A stretch of DNA of 64,000 nt from Trinickia sp. (GCF_035492435.1 NZ_DATJJF010000094.1:18576-82575); one strand, 5' to 3'; counted from the stretch's first letter, positions 8,536 to 19,159 are shown. The notes: generated by a model from the letters alone, not told the origin. Numbers and translations are program-made.

Positions 8536-11500
8536 ATGTGGATCGTCAGACTCGCGCTGAGCAGACCCTACACGTTCATCGTCGTAGCCCTGCTCCTGTT
8601 CATTCTCGGGCCGCTCGCCATCATGCGGACGCCCACCGATATCTTCCCGAACATCGACATTCCGGTCGTCAGTATCGTCTGGTCGTACAACGGGTTCTCC
8701 GCCCAGGACATGGCGCAACGGATCACGACGCCTTATGAGCGCTCGCTCACAACCGACGTGGACGACATCGAGCACATCGAGTCGCAATCGTTGGCGGGCG
8801 TCTCGGTCATCAAAGTCTTCTTCCATCCGGGCGCCGACATCAATCGTGCCGTCGCACAGGCCGCATCGAACTCCGCTTCGATGCTGAAAAACCTGCCGCC
8901 GGGTACGCTGCCGCCGAACATCATCGTCTATAGCGCCTCCACGGTGCCGATTCTGCAGCTCGGCTTATCGAGCAAGACGTTGTCGGAACAACAGCTGTAC
9001 GACCTCGGCAACAGCTTCATTCGCACACAGCTCGCGACTGTGCAAGGCGCGGCCGTGCCTTTGCCGTTCGGCGGCAAGGTGCGCCAGGTCATGGTCCAGC
9101 TCGATCCGCGCAAGATGCAGGCGAAGGGCTTGGCTCCGATCGACGTGGTCAACGCCGTCAATGTGCAGAACCTGACGTTGCCGGGCGGTACCGCGAAGAT
9201 CGGTACGCGCGAATACAACGTCGAAATGAACGGCAGTACGCAAAAGCTCGAGGAGCTCAACGATCTGCCGATCAAGGTCGTCAACGGTACGGTCGTGTAC
9301 GTGCGTGACGTCGCTCACGTCATCGATGGCTATGAACCGCAGCAGAATATCGTGCGCGCTGACGGCAAGCGTGCCGCGCTCTTGACGGTGGAAAAATCCG
9401 GAAGCGCTTCGACGCTCACGATCATTCAGCAGATCAAGGACATCCTGCCGCATGTCGCCGCGGGCCTGCCTTCGTCACTGAAGATCACTCAGATGGGCGA
9501 CCAATCCGTGTTCGTGAAATCGGCGATCATGGGCGTGGTGCGTGAAGCGCTGATCGCCGCGTGCCTGACAGCGTCGATGATCCTGCTCTTCCTCGGCAGC
9601 TGGCGTGCGACACTCATCATTGCCGTGTCGATCCCGCTTGCGGTGCTCACGTCGATGATCTTGCTCTCGGCGCTCGGGCAGACGATCAACATCATGACGC
9701 TTGGCGGTCTCGCGCTCGCGGTCGGTGTGCTCGTCGACGATGCGACGGTGGCCATCGAGAACATATCGCACCACCTCGAGAACGGCGAGCCGCTGCATGA
9801 GGCCATTCTCGTCGGCGCGGGGGAAATCGCAACACCGACCTTCGTCTCGACGATGTCGATCTGTATCGTGTTCGTCCCGATGTTCATGCTCTCGGGCGTG
9901 GCGCGCTATCTGTTCGTGCCGATGGCCGAAGCGGTCGTCTTCGCGATGTGCGCATCGTATTTCTTCTCGCGTACGCTGATTCCAACGCTCGCGATGTACT
10001 TGCTGCGCGAGAAGACGCCGCATGAAGGTGCCCCGACGGGACGTTTTGCCGCCGTTATCCGCTTTCAGCACGCGTTCGAACGACGCTTCACCGTCTTGCG
10101 TAACGGCTATCGTGGTGTGCTCGAAGGCGCGATCACGAATCGAGGCCGCTTCATTCCGATCTTTCTCTTGCTGTGCTTGGGATCGCTCGCATTGGTGCCA
10201 TTCCTCGGTCGCGACTTTTTCCCGGCCACGGACGCCGGTGAAATTCGCTTGCACCTGCGCGCGCCGACGGGCACACGCGTCGAGCAGACGGCCCGCATCA
10301 CCGACGAAGTCGAGAACAAGATCCGCAGCGTGATTCCCGCTAACGAACTCGGTTTGGTCCTCGACAACATCGGCCTGCCCGTTTCCGGCATCAACCTCAC
10401 GTATGACTCCTCGCAGCCGATCGGTACATGGGACGCGGACGTCATGATCTCGCTGAAGGAGAATCACAAGCCCACCGCGCAATACGTCGCGAAGCTGCGC
10501 AACGTGTTGACGGCCTCGTTCCCCGGCGTCACGTTCTCGTTCCTGCCGGCCGATATCGTGAGCCAGATCCTCAACTTCGGCCTGCCATCACCGATCGACG
10601 TACAGATCGTCGGCAACAAGCTCGACCAGAACCGCGTGGTGGCGAATCGCTTGCTCGCGCAAATGCGTAGCGTGCGAGGCCTTGTCGATGCCCGCATCCA
10701 GCAGCCGGGTGATGAGCCGACAATCAACATCGACATCGATCGCACGAAGGCGATGCTGGCTGGCCTCACGCAGCATGACGTCGCGCAGAACCTGCTGATC
10801 GCGCTGTCGGGCAGCTCGCAAACGACGCCAAACTTCTGGCTCAACCCGCAAAACGGCGTGACGTACCCGTTGATGGCGGAGGTGCCGCAGTACGACATTC
10901 ACTCGCTGCAAACCCTCGCCAATATTCCTTTGACGACGTATGGCACCTCGGTCCCGCAAAATCAGATCGGCACGCTCGGTACGATGTCGCGCTCGTCGCA
11001 GCAGGCGGCCGTCTCGCACTACAACGTGCAGACCGTGCTCGATATCTACGCGTCCGCGCAAAGCCGTGATCTCGGCGGTGTTGCCTCCGATGTCCAGCGG
11101 CTCGTGGATCAGGCGCGGGCTCAACTGCCACCGGGCTCGTCGATCATCCTGCGCGGGCAAGCGCAGTCGATGCACGATTCGTTCGTCGGCTTGGGCGGCG
11201 GCCTTGTCTTCGCCGTCTTGCTCATCTATTTCCTGATGGTCATCAACTTCCAGTCGTGGATCGATCCGCTGATTATCGTGAGTGGCCTGTCGGCCTCGTT
11301 CGCGGGCATTGCGTGGATGCTGTTTGCCACACACACGACGCTGTCCGTGCCCGCGCTCACCGGCACCATTCTCTGTATGGGTATCGCGACAGCGAACAGC
11401 ATTCTCGTCGTCAACGCAGGCCGGGACCTGCTTGCCAACGGCAACGCACCGCTGGTTGCGGCACTTGAGGCCGGCTTCAGTCGGTTCCGGCCAGTGATGA

Positions 11501-11727
11501 TGACCGCGCTTGCGATGCTGATCGGCATGTTGCCGATGGCACTCGGCCTCGGCGACGGCGGCGAGCAAAACGCACCGCTCGGGCGCGCCGTGATCGGTGG
11601 GCTTTCGTTCGGCACGATGTCCACGCTCATGTTCGTGCCCGTGGTTTTCGGCACGGTGCACACATGGCTCGCGAAGCGTCAATCGCGTCATGCCGCCGCT
11701 CAGTCGCGGCCGGCCGGCGCCAACTGA
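8536..11727 (+). CDS. RND efflux pump inner-membrane permease (AcrB/HAE-type)
   Basis: 1063 aa with 12-TM RND architecture. The TM4 block is LALAVGVLVDDATVAIENI (paired Asp as in AcrB D407/D408, not the HME D-x5-D-x6-E pattern). AAGGA lies upstream of the ATG. Confidence 0.9.
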   Translation: MWIVRLALSRPYTFIVVALLLFILGPLAIMRTPTDIFPNIDIPVVSIVWSYNGFSAQDMAQRITTPYERSLTTDVDDIEHIESQSLAGVSVIKVFFHPGADINRAVAQAASNSASMLKNLPPGTLPPNIIVYSASTVPILQLGLSSKTLSEQQLYDLGNSFIRTQLATVQGAAVPLPFGGKVRQVMVQLDPRKMQAKGLAPIDVVNAVNVQNLTLPGGTAKIGTREYNVEMNGSTQKLEELNDLPIKVVNGTVVYVRDVAHVIDGYEPQQNIVRADGKRAALLTVEKSGSASTLTIIQQIKDILPHVAAGLPSSLKITQMGDQSVFVKSAIMGVVREALIAACLTASMILLFLGSWRATLIIAVSIPLAVLTSMILLSALGQTINIMTLGGLALAVGVLVDDATVAIENISHHLENGEPLHEAILVGAGEIATPTFVSTMSICIVFVPMFMLSGVARYLFVPMAEAVVFAMCASYFFSRTLIPTLAMYLLREKTPHEGAPTGRFAAVIRFQHAFERRFTVLRNGYRGVLEGAITNRGRFIPIFLLLCLGSLALVPFLGRDFFPATDAGEIRLHLRAPTGTRVEQTARITDEVENKIRSVIPANELGLVLDNIGLPVSGINLTYDSSQPIGTWDADVMISLKENHKPTAQYVAKLRNVLTASFPGVTFSFLPADIVSQILNFGLPSPIDVQIVGNKLDQNRVVANRLLAQMRSVRGLVDARIQQPGDEPTINIDIDRTKAMLAGLTQHDVAQNLLIALSGSSQTTPNFWLNPQNGVTYPLMAEVPQYDIHSLQTLANIPLTTYGTSVPQNQIGTLGTMSRSSQQAAVSHYNVQTVLDIYASAQSRDLGGVASDVQRLVDQARAQLPPGSSIILRGQAQSMHDSFVGLGGGLVFAVLLIYFLMVINFQSWIDPLIIVSGLSASFAGIAWMLFATHTTLSVPALTGTILCMGIATANSILVVNAGRDLLANGNAPLVAALEAGFSRFRPVMMTALAMLIGMLPMALGLGDGGEQNAPLGRAVIGGLSFGTMSTLMFVPVVFGTVHTWLAKRQSRHAAAQSRPAGAN

Positions 11728-11751
11728 ACTCCGTCTGCAGGAAGACCAGTT

Positions 11752-13032
11752 ATGAATACGCCTAACAATACCCAGTCCAATCGCGACAATGTCATCGATG
11801 CCGACACCGCCTCCGAGGCGCATGAGGCTCGCCACAGTGGCCATGACCACTCTGCTGCCGCCGCACCCCCAGCGATGAAGCGCACCCGGCGCGGTGCGCT
11901 GCCGATCGCGCTCGCCTGCATGGCCGCCGCGCTGCTCGTGGTCGGCATCATTCCGCGTTTGCACGCGAGCACTGAAGTCACGCAGCAGGTTGAGGCGCAA
12001 AGCGCCCTTGATGTACAGATCGTGCAAGCGAAGAAAGCTCCCGCTTCACAAGATCTCTTGTTGCCAGGCGCGGTGATGCCGTACATCGATGCGTCCATCT
12101 ATGCGCGTACAAGCGGCTACCTCGTGCACTGGTATGCCGACATCGGCACCAGAGTGAAGGCCGGCCAGACCCTTGCCGTCATCCAGACGCCTGAACTCGA
12201 TGCCCAGCTGACTCAGGCGCGCGCGGACGAGGCGACGGCGCAGGCAAACTTCCAATACGCCAAGACCACGTCGGATCGCTGGCAGCAGATGCTGCAAACG
12301 CAATCGGTCGCGCAGCAGGACGCCGATACGAAATTGAGCGACATGCAAGCGAAAAAGGCGATGCTGGACTCGGCACGGGCCAACGTTGCCCGCCTCACCG
12401 AGCTCGTCTCATACGAGAAGGTCGTCGCACCGTTCGACGGCCTCATCACGAAGCGCAATATCGACATCGGCTCCTTGGTGACGGCAGGCGGCGCGCCCGG
12501 CGTCAACACACCGACGAACGGCAGCGAGCTTTTCCATATCCAGCAGACTTCGACGTTGCGCGTTTTCGCCGATGTCCCGCAGGACGACGCCGGCATGATC
12601 ACCCCGGATACGCCGGTCTATCTGACGACGCAACAGTACCCGGGCCGGCGTTTCGCCGCGAAGCTTGCCCGCACGACCGACGCGATCGACCCGTCGAGCC
12701 GGACGCTGCGCGTGGAAGTCGATGTCGACAACCAGGACAGTACGCTCATGCCCGGTGCCTATGCCCAGGCACACCTTGCGCTCGTCTCGTCGCACCCGCA
12801 GATCGAGCTACCGGTGAGCGCCCTGCTCTTCCGCCCGAACGGCGTGGTTGTCGCCGTTGCCGGCGAGGATGGCAAGGCACATATCAAGACCGTGACCATC
12901 GGCCGCGATTTCGGCACGTTCGTGGAAGTTGCGACCGGCCTCACCCCGACGGATCGCGTGATCGACAACCCGGGCGACTCCATCAGCGAAGGCGAGTCGG
13001 TTCAGGTGATCACGCCCGACGCTCACGCATGA
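11752..13032 (+). CDS. RND efflux periplasmic adaptor (MFP/HlyD family)
   Basis: 426 aa with an N-terminal TM anchor. It has lipoyl/hairpin/beta-barrel-type blocks (VKAGQTLAVIQTPELDAQL, VVAPFDGLITKRNIDIGSLV). Confidence 0.85.
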   Translation: MNTPNNTQSNRDNVIDADTASEAHEARHSGHDHSAAAAPPAMKRTRRGALPIALACMAAALLVVGIIPRLHASTEVTQQVEAQSALDVQIVQAKKAPASQDLLLPGAVMPYIDASIYARTSGYLVHWYADIGTRVKAGQTLAVIQTPELDAQLTQARADEATAQANFQYAKTTSDRWQQMLQTQSVAQQDADTKLSDMQAKKAMLDSARANVARLTELVSYEKVVAPFDGLITKRNIDIGSLVTAGGAPGVNTPTNGSELFHIQQTSTLRVFADVPQDDAGMITPDTPVYLTTQQYPGRRFAAKLARTTDAIDPSSRTLRVEVDVDNQDSTLMPGAYAQAHLALVSSHPQIELPVSALLFRPNGVVVAVAGEDGKAHIKTVTIGRDFGTFVEVATGLTPTDRVIDNPGDSISEGESVQVITPDAHA

Positions 13033-14549
13033 AGCGCGACCGACGGAGACTGACCATGAGCCATCCTCATTTTGACGTGCCATTTCTGCGCAAAACTGTG
13101 GCCGCCTGTGTCGCCTGCGCGTGCGCGGCGTGTTCGACGCTCCCCGACTACAAAAAGCCGACGCTCGACATGCCGCAGCACTATGCGAACGCCGCGGCGA
13201 CGGATTCGAAGTGGAGCACCGCCACACCAGGCGATGCCCTCTCGCGCGGACAGTGGTGGACGATATTCGACGATCCCGAACTCAATAGTCTCGAAGCGCG
13301 TATCGACGTTTCGAACCAATCGGTCCAGAAAGCCGTGTCGATGGTGGAGCAAGCGCGTGCGATGGTTCAATATCAGCGCGCGGGATTCTTGCCGACCATC
13401 ACGGCAGGCTCCGCCGTTTCGCGCGCGCGCCTTTACTCGCAAAACGTAGCGGGCCACGCCACGGCCGGCAAAACCTATCCCGACTTTTCGGTGGGGGTGA
13501 CGGCGAGTTGGGAGCCCGATTTGTTTGGCCGAGTCAAGGACGCTGTCGTCAACGCACGCGATACGGCTCAGGCTTCTCAGGGCGATCTTGAATCGGTGCG
13601 GCTATCGATGGCCAGCGACCTGGCCCTCGACTACTTCAACTTGCGCGCGCTCGATATCCAGAAGAAGCTGCTCGACGATACGGTCAAGGCTTACACTGAC
13701 GCGTTCAATATCGTCGAGCAGGAATTCAAGGACGGTGCAGTCGACGGATCGGTGGTTGCGGCGGCGCAAACGCAACTCGAAACCGCGCGCACGCAAGACA
13801 CGGACATCGACGTTTTTCGCGCACAGTTCGAGCATGCCATCGCCACGTTGATCGGTGTGCCGGCCTCCTCTTTCTCGCTGACGCCCAGCGTAACGCCGGT
13901 CGCCGTACCCGATATCCCTGTTGGCGTTCCCTCGCAATTGCTCGAACGCCGGCCTGATATCGCGGCAGCCGAGCGCCGTGTTGCAGCGGCCAACGCGCAA
14001 ATCGGCCTGGCCCATGCCGCCTACTACCCGAACCTCAGGTTGTCGCCAACGGCCGGCCTGGAGAGCTCGTACTACGGGCCCTGGTTCACAGCAGGCAGCC
14101 TGTTCTGGGGGCTTGGCGCACAGCTTGCCGGGACGATCTTCGACGGGGGGCAGCGCAACGCCATGGTCAACAACGCGAATGCGCAGTACGAGGGAACGGT
14201 TGCCGATTACCGGCAGACGGTCCTGGTCGCATTCCAACAGGTGGAAGACAATCTCTCGGCCTTGCATACATTGGCCGACGAGGCGCAGACGCAGCGGCGC
14301 GCCACCGAGGCGGCCCAACTATCGCTAAAGCTCACGACGAACCGATTCCAAGCCGGCGCGGTGAGCTACCTCGATGTAGTAACAGCCCAGAGCATCGCGT
14401 TGATGAACGAGCGCAACGAGGATCAGATCCAGGCTCGGCGTGTCGATGCTGCGGTCTCGCTCATCAAGGCACTGGGGGGCGGCTGGAGCAGTGCGTCGCT
14501 CAAGGAGACGGAGACACCGGCATCCAAGGAGCAGATGACGAGCCGCTAA
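13029..14549 (+). CDS. Efflux outer-membrane factor lipoprotein (NodT/OprM family)
   Basis: 506 aa with a Cys-containing signal region (VAACVACACAACSTL) and NodT-type repeats (WWTIFDDPELNSLE, RRPDIAAAERRVAAANAQIG). ATGA overlap with the adaptor stop. Alternative start at 13056. Confidence 0.85.
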   Translation: MKRDRRRLTMSHPHFDVPFLRKTVAACVACACAACSTLPDYKKPTLDMPQHYANAAATDSKWSTATPGDALSRGQWWTIFDDPELNSLEARIDVSNQSVQKAVSMVEQARAMVQYQRAGFLPTITAGSAVSRARLYSQNVAGHATAGKTYPDFSVGVTASWEPDLFGRVKDAVVNARDTAQASQGDLESVRLSMASDLALDYFNLRALDIQKKLLDDTVKAYTDAFNIVEQEFKDGAVDGSVVAAAQTQLETARTQDTDIDVFRAQFEHAIATLIGVPASSFSLTPSVTPVAVPDIPVGVPSQLLERRPDIAAAERRVAAANAQIGLAHAAYYPNLRLSPTAGLESSYYGPWFTAGSLFWGLGAQLAGTIFDGGQRNAMVNNANAQYEGTVADYRQTVLVAFQQVEDNLSALHTLADEAQTQRRATEAAQLSLKLTTNRFQAGAVSYLDVVTAQSIALMNERNEDQIQARRVDAAVSLIKALGGGWSSASLKETETPASKEQMTSR

Positions 14550-14583
14550 GCGCGAAGGCGCCCCCAATGCATCCGTCGATGCT

Positions 14584-16005
14584 TTACAGCCTGCACGGAA
14601 AGGTGAGGATGAAGCGCGTGCTCACGGCATCGCTTTCGGCATGGACGGTGCCGCCGTGCAGCTCCATGATCGTGCGCACGATCGCAAGCCCGAGACCGGC
14701 CGAGCCGGCCGATTTCGAATCGCTCTTGCGTGCCGGGTCTGCACGATAAAAGCGGTCGAAGATGCGCTCGAGCAACGCCGCATCGATCGCGGTGCCTTCA
14801 TTGGCCACTGTGATGCGAGTCGCCTTTGCCATTTGTGTTGCCCGCAAGACGATGGCCTTTCCCGGCGGCGTGTAGCGCATCGCATTCGCGAGCAGATTGT
14901 TGACGGCACGCCGGAAAAGCTCGACGTCGGCTTGCAGCTTGGCTGTGCCGTCGACCTCGACATGCAGGCGGATATTCGCCTCCTCGGCTACGCCTTCGAA
15001 GTATTGGGCAATCCGGGTGAGCTCGGCATTCGCGTCAAGCACACGCAAGCGCGTCACGAACTGCGGATGCTCGGCACGTGCAAGAAAGAGCACGCTTTCG
15101 ATCATGCGCGACAGTCGTTCGCACTCCTCAAGATTCGACGCAAGCAGCGTTTGATATTCGTCGACCGTGCGCTCGCGCGCGAGCGCGACTTCCGTCGCCC
15201 CGCGCAGATTGCCGAGCGGCGTGCGCATGTCATGCGCGAGATCGGCCGTGTGCTGTGAAAGCCGCTCGAAGCCGCGATGGAGCCGATCGAGCATGGCATT
15301 CAACGATTCGATCAATGCGCGCAGCTCGGAAGGTACCTTCTGCACTTCGATGCGCGTATCGAGTCGATCGACTGTGATCGTTGCCGCGCTGGCCGCGATC
15401 TCGCGCAGCGGGCGCAGCGCCACGCTCGAGAGCATCCAACCGAGCACGAACGCGAGCAACATGCCGACGAGCCCGAACGCGTAAAGACGATCGCGGTAAT
15501 GAACGAGCAAAAGCCGCCGGTAGGTCATGTCGCGCGAGACGATTGCCGTCACCGTCGTACCGTCGCGCAATCTCAGCTCCGACGCGATGCCGTGCATGGG
15601 CCCGCCGCTGGCGTCCTGCCACCGGGCGAGCGCATTCGCCGTGATGCGCTCGCCATAGGGCACGCGTTGCATCCACACCGGCAGCGATGCTCCATCTCCG
15701 AGGCGCTCGGCATTGTGCTGGATGAGGAGGTGCCGATCGGCGTCAAGAATACGCAACGCCATTTCGCGGTGACCGAGCACTTGACTGACAAGACGCGCGG
15801 CATGCTCGCGCAGATCCGGCACGGAGGAGAGTTCATCCGCAAGACGCCGCACGTGCCGCGAAATCAGCACGATGTCGTTATCGTCCTCCTGCATCACCTG
15901 CCGCTCGAGCGCGTAATACAGCATGCTTCCGACTAGCGCGAAGACCACAAACGTGATTGCGCCGAAAGCGATCGCAAGCGTGGCAGAGAGCGAACGCCCC
16001 CTCAT
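14584..16005 (-). CDS. Heavy-metal-type sensor histidine kinase (CusS/CopS/IrlS family)
   Basis: 473 aa with two TM segments, a HAMP domain, H-box HTADLAHDMRTPLGNL and the family block LLASNLEECERLSRMIESVLFLARAE. The HATPase C-terminus has GLGLAIVRTIMELHGG. Confidence 0.85.
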   Translation of the reverse strand: MRGRSLSATLAIAFGAITFVVFALVGSMLYYALERQVMQEDDNDIVLISRHVRRLADELSSVPDLREHAARLVSQVLGHREMALRILDADRHLLIQHNAERLGDGASLPVWMQRVPYGERITANALARWQDASGGPMHGIASELRLRDGTTVTAIVSRDMTYRRLLLVHYRDRLYAFGLVGMLLAFVLGWMLSSVALRPLREIAASAATITVDRLDTRIEVQKVPSELRALIESLNAMLDRLHRGFERLSQHTADLAHDMRTPLGNLRGATEVALARERTVDEYQTLLASNLEECERLSRMIESVLFLARAEHPQFVTRLRVLDANAELTRIAQYFEGVAEEANIRLHVEVDGTAKLQADVELFRRAVNNLLANAMRYTPPGKAIVLRATQMAKATRITVANEGTAIDAALLERIFDRFYRADPARKSDSKSAGSAGLGLAIVRTIMELHGGTVHAESDAVSTRFILTFPCRL

Positions 16006-16685
16006 CAGAGCTCCTCTTTCGGCTCGATCACGTAGCCGACGCCACGCACCGTCTGAATCAGCTTGATGGGGCTGCCTTCGTCGATCTTCACACGCAAGCG
16101 GCGTATCGCCACCTCGACAACGTTCGTATCGCTATCGAAGTTCATGTCCCACACATACGAGGCGATCTGTGTGCGGCTCATGACCTCGCCCTGATGGTCC
16201 ACTAGCAGCTGCAGCAGCGAAAACTCCCGCGGCGTGAGATCGATGCGCCTCGAGCCGCGGCGCACGCGCCGGCGGCTGACGTCGATTTCGAGATCGGCTA
16301 CCCGAAGCACCTCGGTTTCACGCGGCGGCCCGCGGCGCGCCAGCGTGCGCACGCGTGCAAGCAGCTCGACGAATGCGAACGGCTTGACGAGGTAATCGTC
16401 GGCACCGAGCTCGAGCCCATGCACCCGATCGTGCACATCGTCGCGTGCCGTCAGAAACAGAACGGGCGTGGTCGAACGTTTGTCACGCAATGCTTTCAGT
16501 ACGGACCATCCGTCCATCGTCGGCAGCATGACATCCAGCACGATCACGTCATAGTGCTCTTCCTGCGCCAGCATCAGGCCCTCGGCCCCATCCGCCGCGA
16601 TATCGACGGAATACCCCGATTCCTGCAGTCCCTTTTTCAAATACGCGCCCGTTTTGGGCTCGTCTTCTATCACCAGTATCCGCAT
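16005..16685 (-). CDS. OmpR-family heavy-metal response regulator (CusR/CopR/IrlR family)
   Basis: Track ORF 16005..16928 trimmed to the ATG at 16685 ([20 protein letters not shown]...). The block [29 protein letters not shown] is nearly identical to the E. coli CusR block as remembered. The stop overlaps the kinase start. Confidence 0.9.
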   Translation of the reverse strand: MRILVIEDEPKTGAYLKKGLQESGYSVDIAADGAEGLMLAQEEHYDVIVLDVMLPTMDGWSVLKALRDKRSTTPVLFLTARDDVHDRVHGLELGADDYLVKPFAFVELLARVRTLARRGPPRETEVLRVADLEIDVSRRRVRRGSRRIDLTPREFSLLQLLVDHQGEVMSRTQIASYVWDMNFDSDTNVVEVAIRRLRVKIDEGSPIKLIQTVRGVGYVIEPKEEL

Positions 16686-16790
16686 GGATGCGCTCGCAAC
16701 GCATTGAATCAACCCCGATTCTAAGCCGAACGGGCTCCTTGGCGAAAATTGTGCGGTCCGCTCTCCGACAATCGAATCGTCCTTGATTAG

Positions 16791-16820
16791 TAGTCCGAAG
16801 TAGTCCGAAGTAGTCCGAAC
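16791..16820. repeat. Three tandem 10-bp repeats (TAGTCCGAAG x2, TAGTCCGAAC) upstream of the response-regulator gene
   Basis: Read directly: tagtccgaag tagtccgaag tagtccgaac. Located 106-135 nt upstream of the regulator ATG, in the spacer after the MBL-hydrolase gene stop. Confidence 0.9.
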
Positions 16821-16863
16821 TAAGCTACTCAACACGAGAGGCGCTCGGGCCGCCAGCAGATCG

Positions 16864-17724
16864 TCAAAGCAAATCGAGAGGAATCTTGAGGTAGCGGATA
16901 CCGTTCGACTCGGGACGAGGCAACGCACCGGCTCGAATGTTGACCTGGATCGACGGCAGGATCAGCGTCGGCATCGAAAGCGTTGCGTCCCGACGTGTAC
17001 GCATCTCCACGAAATCGGACTCGGACACACCATCGTGCAAGTGGATGTTCGTGCGACGTTGCTCTGCGACCGTCGTCTCCCAGCACACGTTGCGCGATGG
17101 CGGCGGATAGTCGTGACACATGAAAAGCCGCGTTTCTTGCGGCAACGAGAGCAGCTTTCGCACCGAATGATAAAGGGCGTGTGCATCGCCGCCCGGAAAA
17201 TCGCAGCGCGCAGAACCCACGTCGGGCATGAACAACGTGTCGCCCACGAAGGTGGCATTGCCGATCACATACGCCATGTCGGCCGGCGTATGCCCTGGCA
17301 CGTGGATGGCGCGTGCCGCGAGCGCGCCGACAGTAAATGTCTCGTCGGGAGCAAAGAGGTGATCGAACTGCGCGCCGTCTGCCGCCGCATCCACCTCGAC
17401 ATTGAATACGCCTTGAAATGTGCGCTGCACCGTTCGGATCTGCTCGCCAATCGCGATGCGGCCCCCAAACGTCCGCTTCAAATACTGCGCAGCGGATAAA
17501 TGGTCAGCATGCGCATGCGTCTCGAGCAGCCATTCGACGGTGAGGTGTTGCTCACGTACGAACGCGATCACGCGATCGGCCGAGCACGTTGCCGTGCGCG
17601 CCGACTTTGGGTCGAAATCAAGCACGGAATCGATAATTGCGCAGACCGAGCCGGCTCCCGCATGCACCACGTAAGTCAATGTGGAGGTGACCGAATCGAA
17701 AAAGGGTTCTACCAGAGGCTGCAT
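16864..17724 (-). CDS. MBL-fold metallo-hydrolase, probably a persulfide-dioxygenase (ETHE1-like) type
   Basis: Track ORF trimmed to the ATG at 17724 ([20 protein letters not shown]...). Contains the HxHxDH motif THAHADH, then GHTPADMAY, and [20 protein letters not shown]. The subfamily assignment comes from remembered sequence patterns only. Confidence 0.7.
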   Translation of the reverse strand: MQPLVEPFFDSVTSTLTYVVHAGAGSVCAIIDSVLDFDPKSARTATCSADRVIAFVREQHLTVEWLLETHAHADHLSAAQYLKRTFGGRIAIGEQIRTVQRTFQGVFNVEVDAAADGAQFDHLFAPDETFTVGALAARAIHVPGHTPADMAYVIGNATFVGDTLFMPDVGSARCDFPGGDAHALYHSVRKLLSLPQETRLFMCHDYPPPSRNVCWETTVAEQRRTNIHLHDGVSESDFVEMRTRRDATLSMPTLILPSIQVNIRAGALPRPESNGIRYLKIPLDLL

Positions 17725-17890
17725 GGGAACTCCATTCAATCGATGGAACGGCGTCACTCACTATATACCCCGCATACCGTTGCGCACGCCCTCTTCCAGC
17801 GAGATGCGATTGCAAACGGCATATCGTCTGAACTAAGATCGCAGCGCAAACAACTTCCCTCACAGCGGAACCGGAAGTACCCGATTAAAA

Positions 17891-18496
17891 ATGGAAAAGT
17901 CCACGGTCGAATCATTTGAAGCGTCTTCTCCCACAACGCTTCCTTCTCGCGTCGAGGCATCACAGACTGGTATCTCGCTTCGCGCGTCGACGCTTGCTGA
18001 CCGGGACTTCCTGATGGGCGTTTTCGAGAGCACGCGAATCGACGAATTTCGCGCCTCAGGCCTCGATGAGCAAACGATCCGGGATTTGCTCGCGCACCAG
18101 TTTTCAATGCAGGACACGTACTACCGGCGTCATTATCCGAACGCTCGTTTCGATGTCGTGCTGAACGGAGAAAGGGCCATTGGCCGCCTGTACCACGAAT
18201 GGAATTCCAATAGCGGCGAAGCGTTAATCATCGATATCTCGCTCTTGTCGGCCTATCGCGGCGCAGGCATCGGCACCCGGCTCATGAAAGCGGTCGTGGC
18301 CGAAGCGGCGCGGCGGGAGATGGCTGTGAGGATTCAGACCGAATTCAACAACCCCGCGCGCGCACTTTACCGCCGGCTCGGGTTCGAGCGAATCGGCGAC
18401 AACGGCGTTTACGAACAGCTGCGCCGGGCAGCCGCGCCGTTCGCCAATGAGGAAGTCACACCCGTTGCGGGGCTTTCGGGCAACGCGAACGAATAG
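17891..18496 (+). CDS. GNAT-family N-acetyltransferase
   Basis: 201 aa. The acetyl-CoA binding block is YRGAGIGTRLMKAVVAEAARR ... ARALYRRLGFERIG. Confidence 0.75.
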   Translation: MEKSTVESFEASSPTTLPSRVEASQTGISLRASTLADRDFLMGVFESTRIDEFRASGLDEQTIRDLLAHQFSMQDTYYRRHYPNARFDVVLNGERAIGRLYHEWNSNSGEALIIDISLLSAYRGAGIGTRLMKAVVAEAARREMAVRIQTEFNNPARALYRRLGFERIGDNGVYEQLRRAAAPFANEEVTPVAGLSGNANE

Positions 18497-18511
18497 AGAT
18501 TCGCGCCCGTG

Positions 18512-18937
18512 CTACGCGGAAACGGCGCGTAGACCGTAATGATTAGCCATCGCTGATCCAGCTTGGGGAGGCCTTGCCGCATCGCTAAGCCATGACACCG
18601 TCCACTGCATGTACTCGTCCATGCTTTGCCACCCCAGTCCCACGTTATCGGCCACCGTGTCGATGGCGATGTCGCTGGCATGGCGCCAGTACGCGAGCGC
18701 TTGCTTCAAGCTCGCTTGCGTCTGTGCGCCCGACAGATTCACGAGCCTCTCGAACGAGGGTGTGCACACCGTCTCCTCAGCAATCGCCCGTTGCTCGGCG
18801 AACGTGGTCTTCACCGTCTCGAGATTGAGCTCAGTCAACTGCGCGAACCCTTCGTACGTCCTCCGGGCGATGTCGCCCGCGGGTACCACCACTGTCCTGC
18901 CGATATGGCCGGCGCGTTCGATTGCGAGTGAACTCAT
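18512..18937 (-). CDS. Phasin-family (PHA granule-associated) protein
   Basis: Track ORF trimmed to the ATG at 18937 (MSSLAIERAG...), preceded by GGAGGAGG. The helical profile is phasin-like (FAQLTELNLETVKTTFAEQRA...SLKQALAYWRHASDIA). Confidence 0.55.
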   Translation of the reverse strand: MSSLAIERAGHIGRTVVVPAGDIARRTYEGFAQLTELNLETVKTTFAEQRAIAEETVCTPSFERLVNLSGAQTQASLKQALAYWRHASDIAIDTVADNVGLGWQSMDEYMQWTVSWLSDAARPPQAGSAMANHYGLRAVSA

Positions 18938-19159
18938 CGTCCTCCTCCGTTCAATGCTTGGGAACTGGGTGACCCCGCCGGGCACGGCCTTATCCGTTGT
19001 ACCCACTGGCCGCAGAAACACGGGGAGCTGACCCAGGGATGTATCGCCGATGCGGGCTAGCGCGCGCGACGGGTTTCGGATTAGCGGCGCCTAACGCCCC
19101 CCTGAGTGCTCTCTCGAAGCTCCTCGAAACTGCTGTCCAGCCTTTACGCGGCCATGTCC

